Shown one piece after another: positions 62,321-64,000 of a stretch of 64,000 nt of DNA. The stretch is from NCBI RefSeq assembly GCF_006345805.1, contig NC_043013.1, forward strand, positions 32,674,001 to 32,738,000. The letters are read 5' to 3'. The position numbers and the translations under genes were made by a program. Source of the stretch: Octopus sinensis (taxonomy: Eukaryota). Under the pieces are notes generated by a model that was not told the origin of the DNA, ran no database searches, and saw only the letters and a list, made by a program, of their open reading frames with translations. The number at the start of each line of letters is the position of its first letter. Position 1 is the first letter of the stretch.

Positions 62321-62589
62321 ATATATATATATATATATAATTTCAAATTAATGATAAAAGGGTAAAATTAATTAATTAAATTAATTAATTAATCAATCAA
62401 TTAATTAATAATTTTACCAAGTAGATCTGTACGTTAAAATAACCTTTATAGGTAAAATTTGTAGAAAAGGAATTTTTAGTAGTAGAAAAGGGATTTTCAA
62501 CTATTTCTAAATTCGGTATGTGGTGAAGCAATTAGCTGACCCCTAATTATAATTATGTTTATAATTATAGAATATTTGTGTGTGTATTA

Positions 62590-62645
<56 letters not shown>

Positions 62646-62689
62646 ACCTAGATCCAAGGGATTTCAACATCAGCAACAGTTTATTTTGC

Positions 62690-62775
62690 TTGTATGTATG
62701 TATGTTGTATGTATGTATGTATGTATGTATGTATGTATGTATGTATGTATGTATGCATGTATGTATGCATGTATG

Positions 62776-62809
<34 letters not shown>

Positions 62810-62933
62810 CGTACGTACGTATGTATGTATGTATGTATGTATGTACGTACGTACGTATGCATGTTTGTACATATATGATCATTCTATCCATCCATCCATC
62901 CATCCATCCATCCATCTATCTATCCATCTATCC

Positions 62934-63025
<92 letters not shown>
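62690..63025 (+). repeat. Compound (TATG)n-(ATCC)n-(ATCT)n microsatellite
   Basis: Directly visible. Confidence 0.95.
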
Positions 63026-63027
<2 letters not shown>

Positions 63028-63119
63028 GTCGTTTTGGCTTCGCGATCGAGCGAAGATTTACGGAGGGTGATGCTCGCGTCTATAGCAAGCTTGCTGATTC
63101 CCAAATAGTCATTTCCGGA

Positions 63120-63560
63120 CAAACATACACGAATGCAAAGGCTGCAGAACTGGTTGTAGTGTCCCTGCTTTAACTCATTTTCCTTTTGTCTGCACCGATG
63201 GTCCTGCAGATGCCTTCAGAGGAGCTCGTTGCCCGGTGAAATCACGAACAAAAACACTCTATCGTATCAGTTTGATATTTAGATGTCCTCAACTGTCCAA
63301 GTGCTTACCTAAAGAAATGAGAAATATAAAAAGAACCTCTATCAAAACATTTGAAAAAACATTAGATAAACTCCTTTCGATGATATCGGACCAGCCAAGC
63401 ATTACAGAATATACCCAGAGAAGATCAGCCGCGGCAAACTCAATCAAATACGAACTTCCTGCCATAAAGCGACAACAAAACATATAGAAAATAAGTTAAG
63501 GTGGTGCTCCAGCACGGCCGCAGTCCTACGACTGAAATTCTTATAAGGATAAAAGAATAA
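63120..63560 (+). mobile_element. 3' end of a CR1-like LINE with its 3' UTR
   Basis: ORF2 end ...SLIFRCPQLSKCLPKEMRNIKRTSIKTFEKTLDKLLSMISDQP...AAANSI (recalled pattern GPQLFNxLP...FKxxLDxxL..IPDxP...A.SNS), followed by a tail matching SINE A. Confidence 0.65.
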
Positions 63561-63640
63561 AAAATACACTTGACGGGTTTACTTACAGTTTCCACCAACA
63601 ATACTCACTCATAAGGCATTGGTCAGCCTGGGGTATATTA

Positions 63641-64000
63641 GGCGGCGAGCTGGCAGAAAAGTTAGCATTCCGGGCGAAATGATTAGCGGTATTTCGTACC
63701 GTTACGTTCTGAGATCAAATTCCACTGAGGTCGACTTTGCCTTTCATCCTTTCGGAGTCGATTAAATAAGTACCCATTTCTTTATTACCCACAAGGGGCT
63801 AAACATAGAAGGGACAAACAAGGACAGACATAGGTATTAAGTCGATTACATCGACCCCAGTGCGTAACTGGTACTTAATTTATCGACCCCGAAATGATGA
63901 AAGGTAAAGTCGACCTCGGCGGAATTTGAACTCACAACGTAACGGCAGACGAAATACCGTTAAGCATTTTGCCCGACGTGCTAACGTTTCTGCCAGCTCG
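63641..64000. mobile_element. Two family B SINEs tail-to-tail (+ 63641-63775, - 63776-64000)
   Basis: Family B motifs in opposite orientations, abruptly joined. Confidence 0.85.

Overview
AT-rich animal genomic DNA saturated with microsatellites. The SINE, MITE and Helitron families look like those of Octopus (coleoid cephalopod); this is recognition from memory, not a database search. No host gene can be called with confidence, and nearly all ORFs in the supplied track are stop-free simple repeats. Explained content: several tRNA-derived SINE families (labelled A-D here), decayed LINE fragments (RTE, R4/Dong-like with RLE endonuclease, CR1/L2-like), a truncated Ty3/Gypsy element (LTR, tRNA-Trp PBS, gag), mariner/Tc1 and hAT transposase remnants, non-autonomous Helitrons (one with a PIF1 helicase fragment) and palindromic MITEs. 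Structures worth a second look: (1) a tRNA-headed, SINE-like element carrying a minimal Penelope-type hammerhead motif, arranged head-to-head with a deleted copy of itself (54.2-54.9 kb), plus related motifs in three other repeat families; (2) an inverted segmental duplication (6.4-11.6 kb versus 21.4-24.8 kb) with a 1.9-kb deletion and a fold-back scar; (3) two related palindromic MITEs sharing an internal copy of their right terminus; (4) SINE multimers with recurrent junctions; (5) a 1.5-kb GGTT-based array in a Helitron-like element; (6) a LINE 3' end that shares its tail with SINE family A. Boundaries of degenerate elements are approximate.
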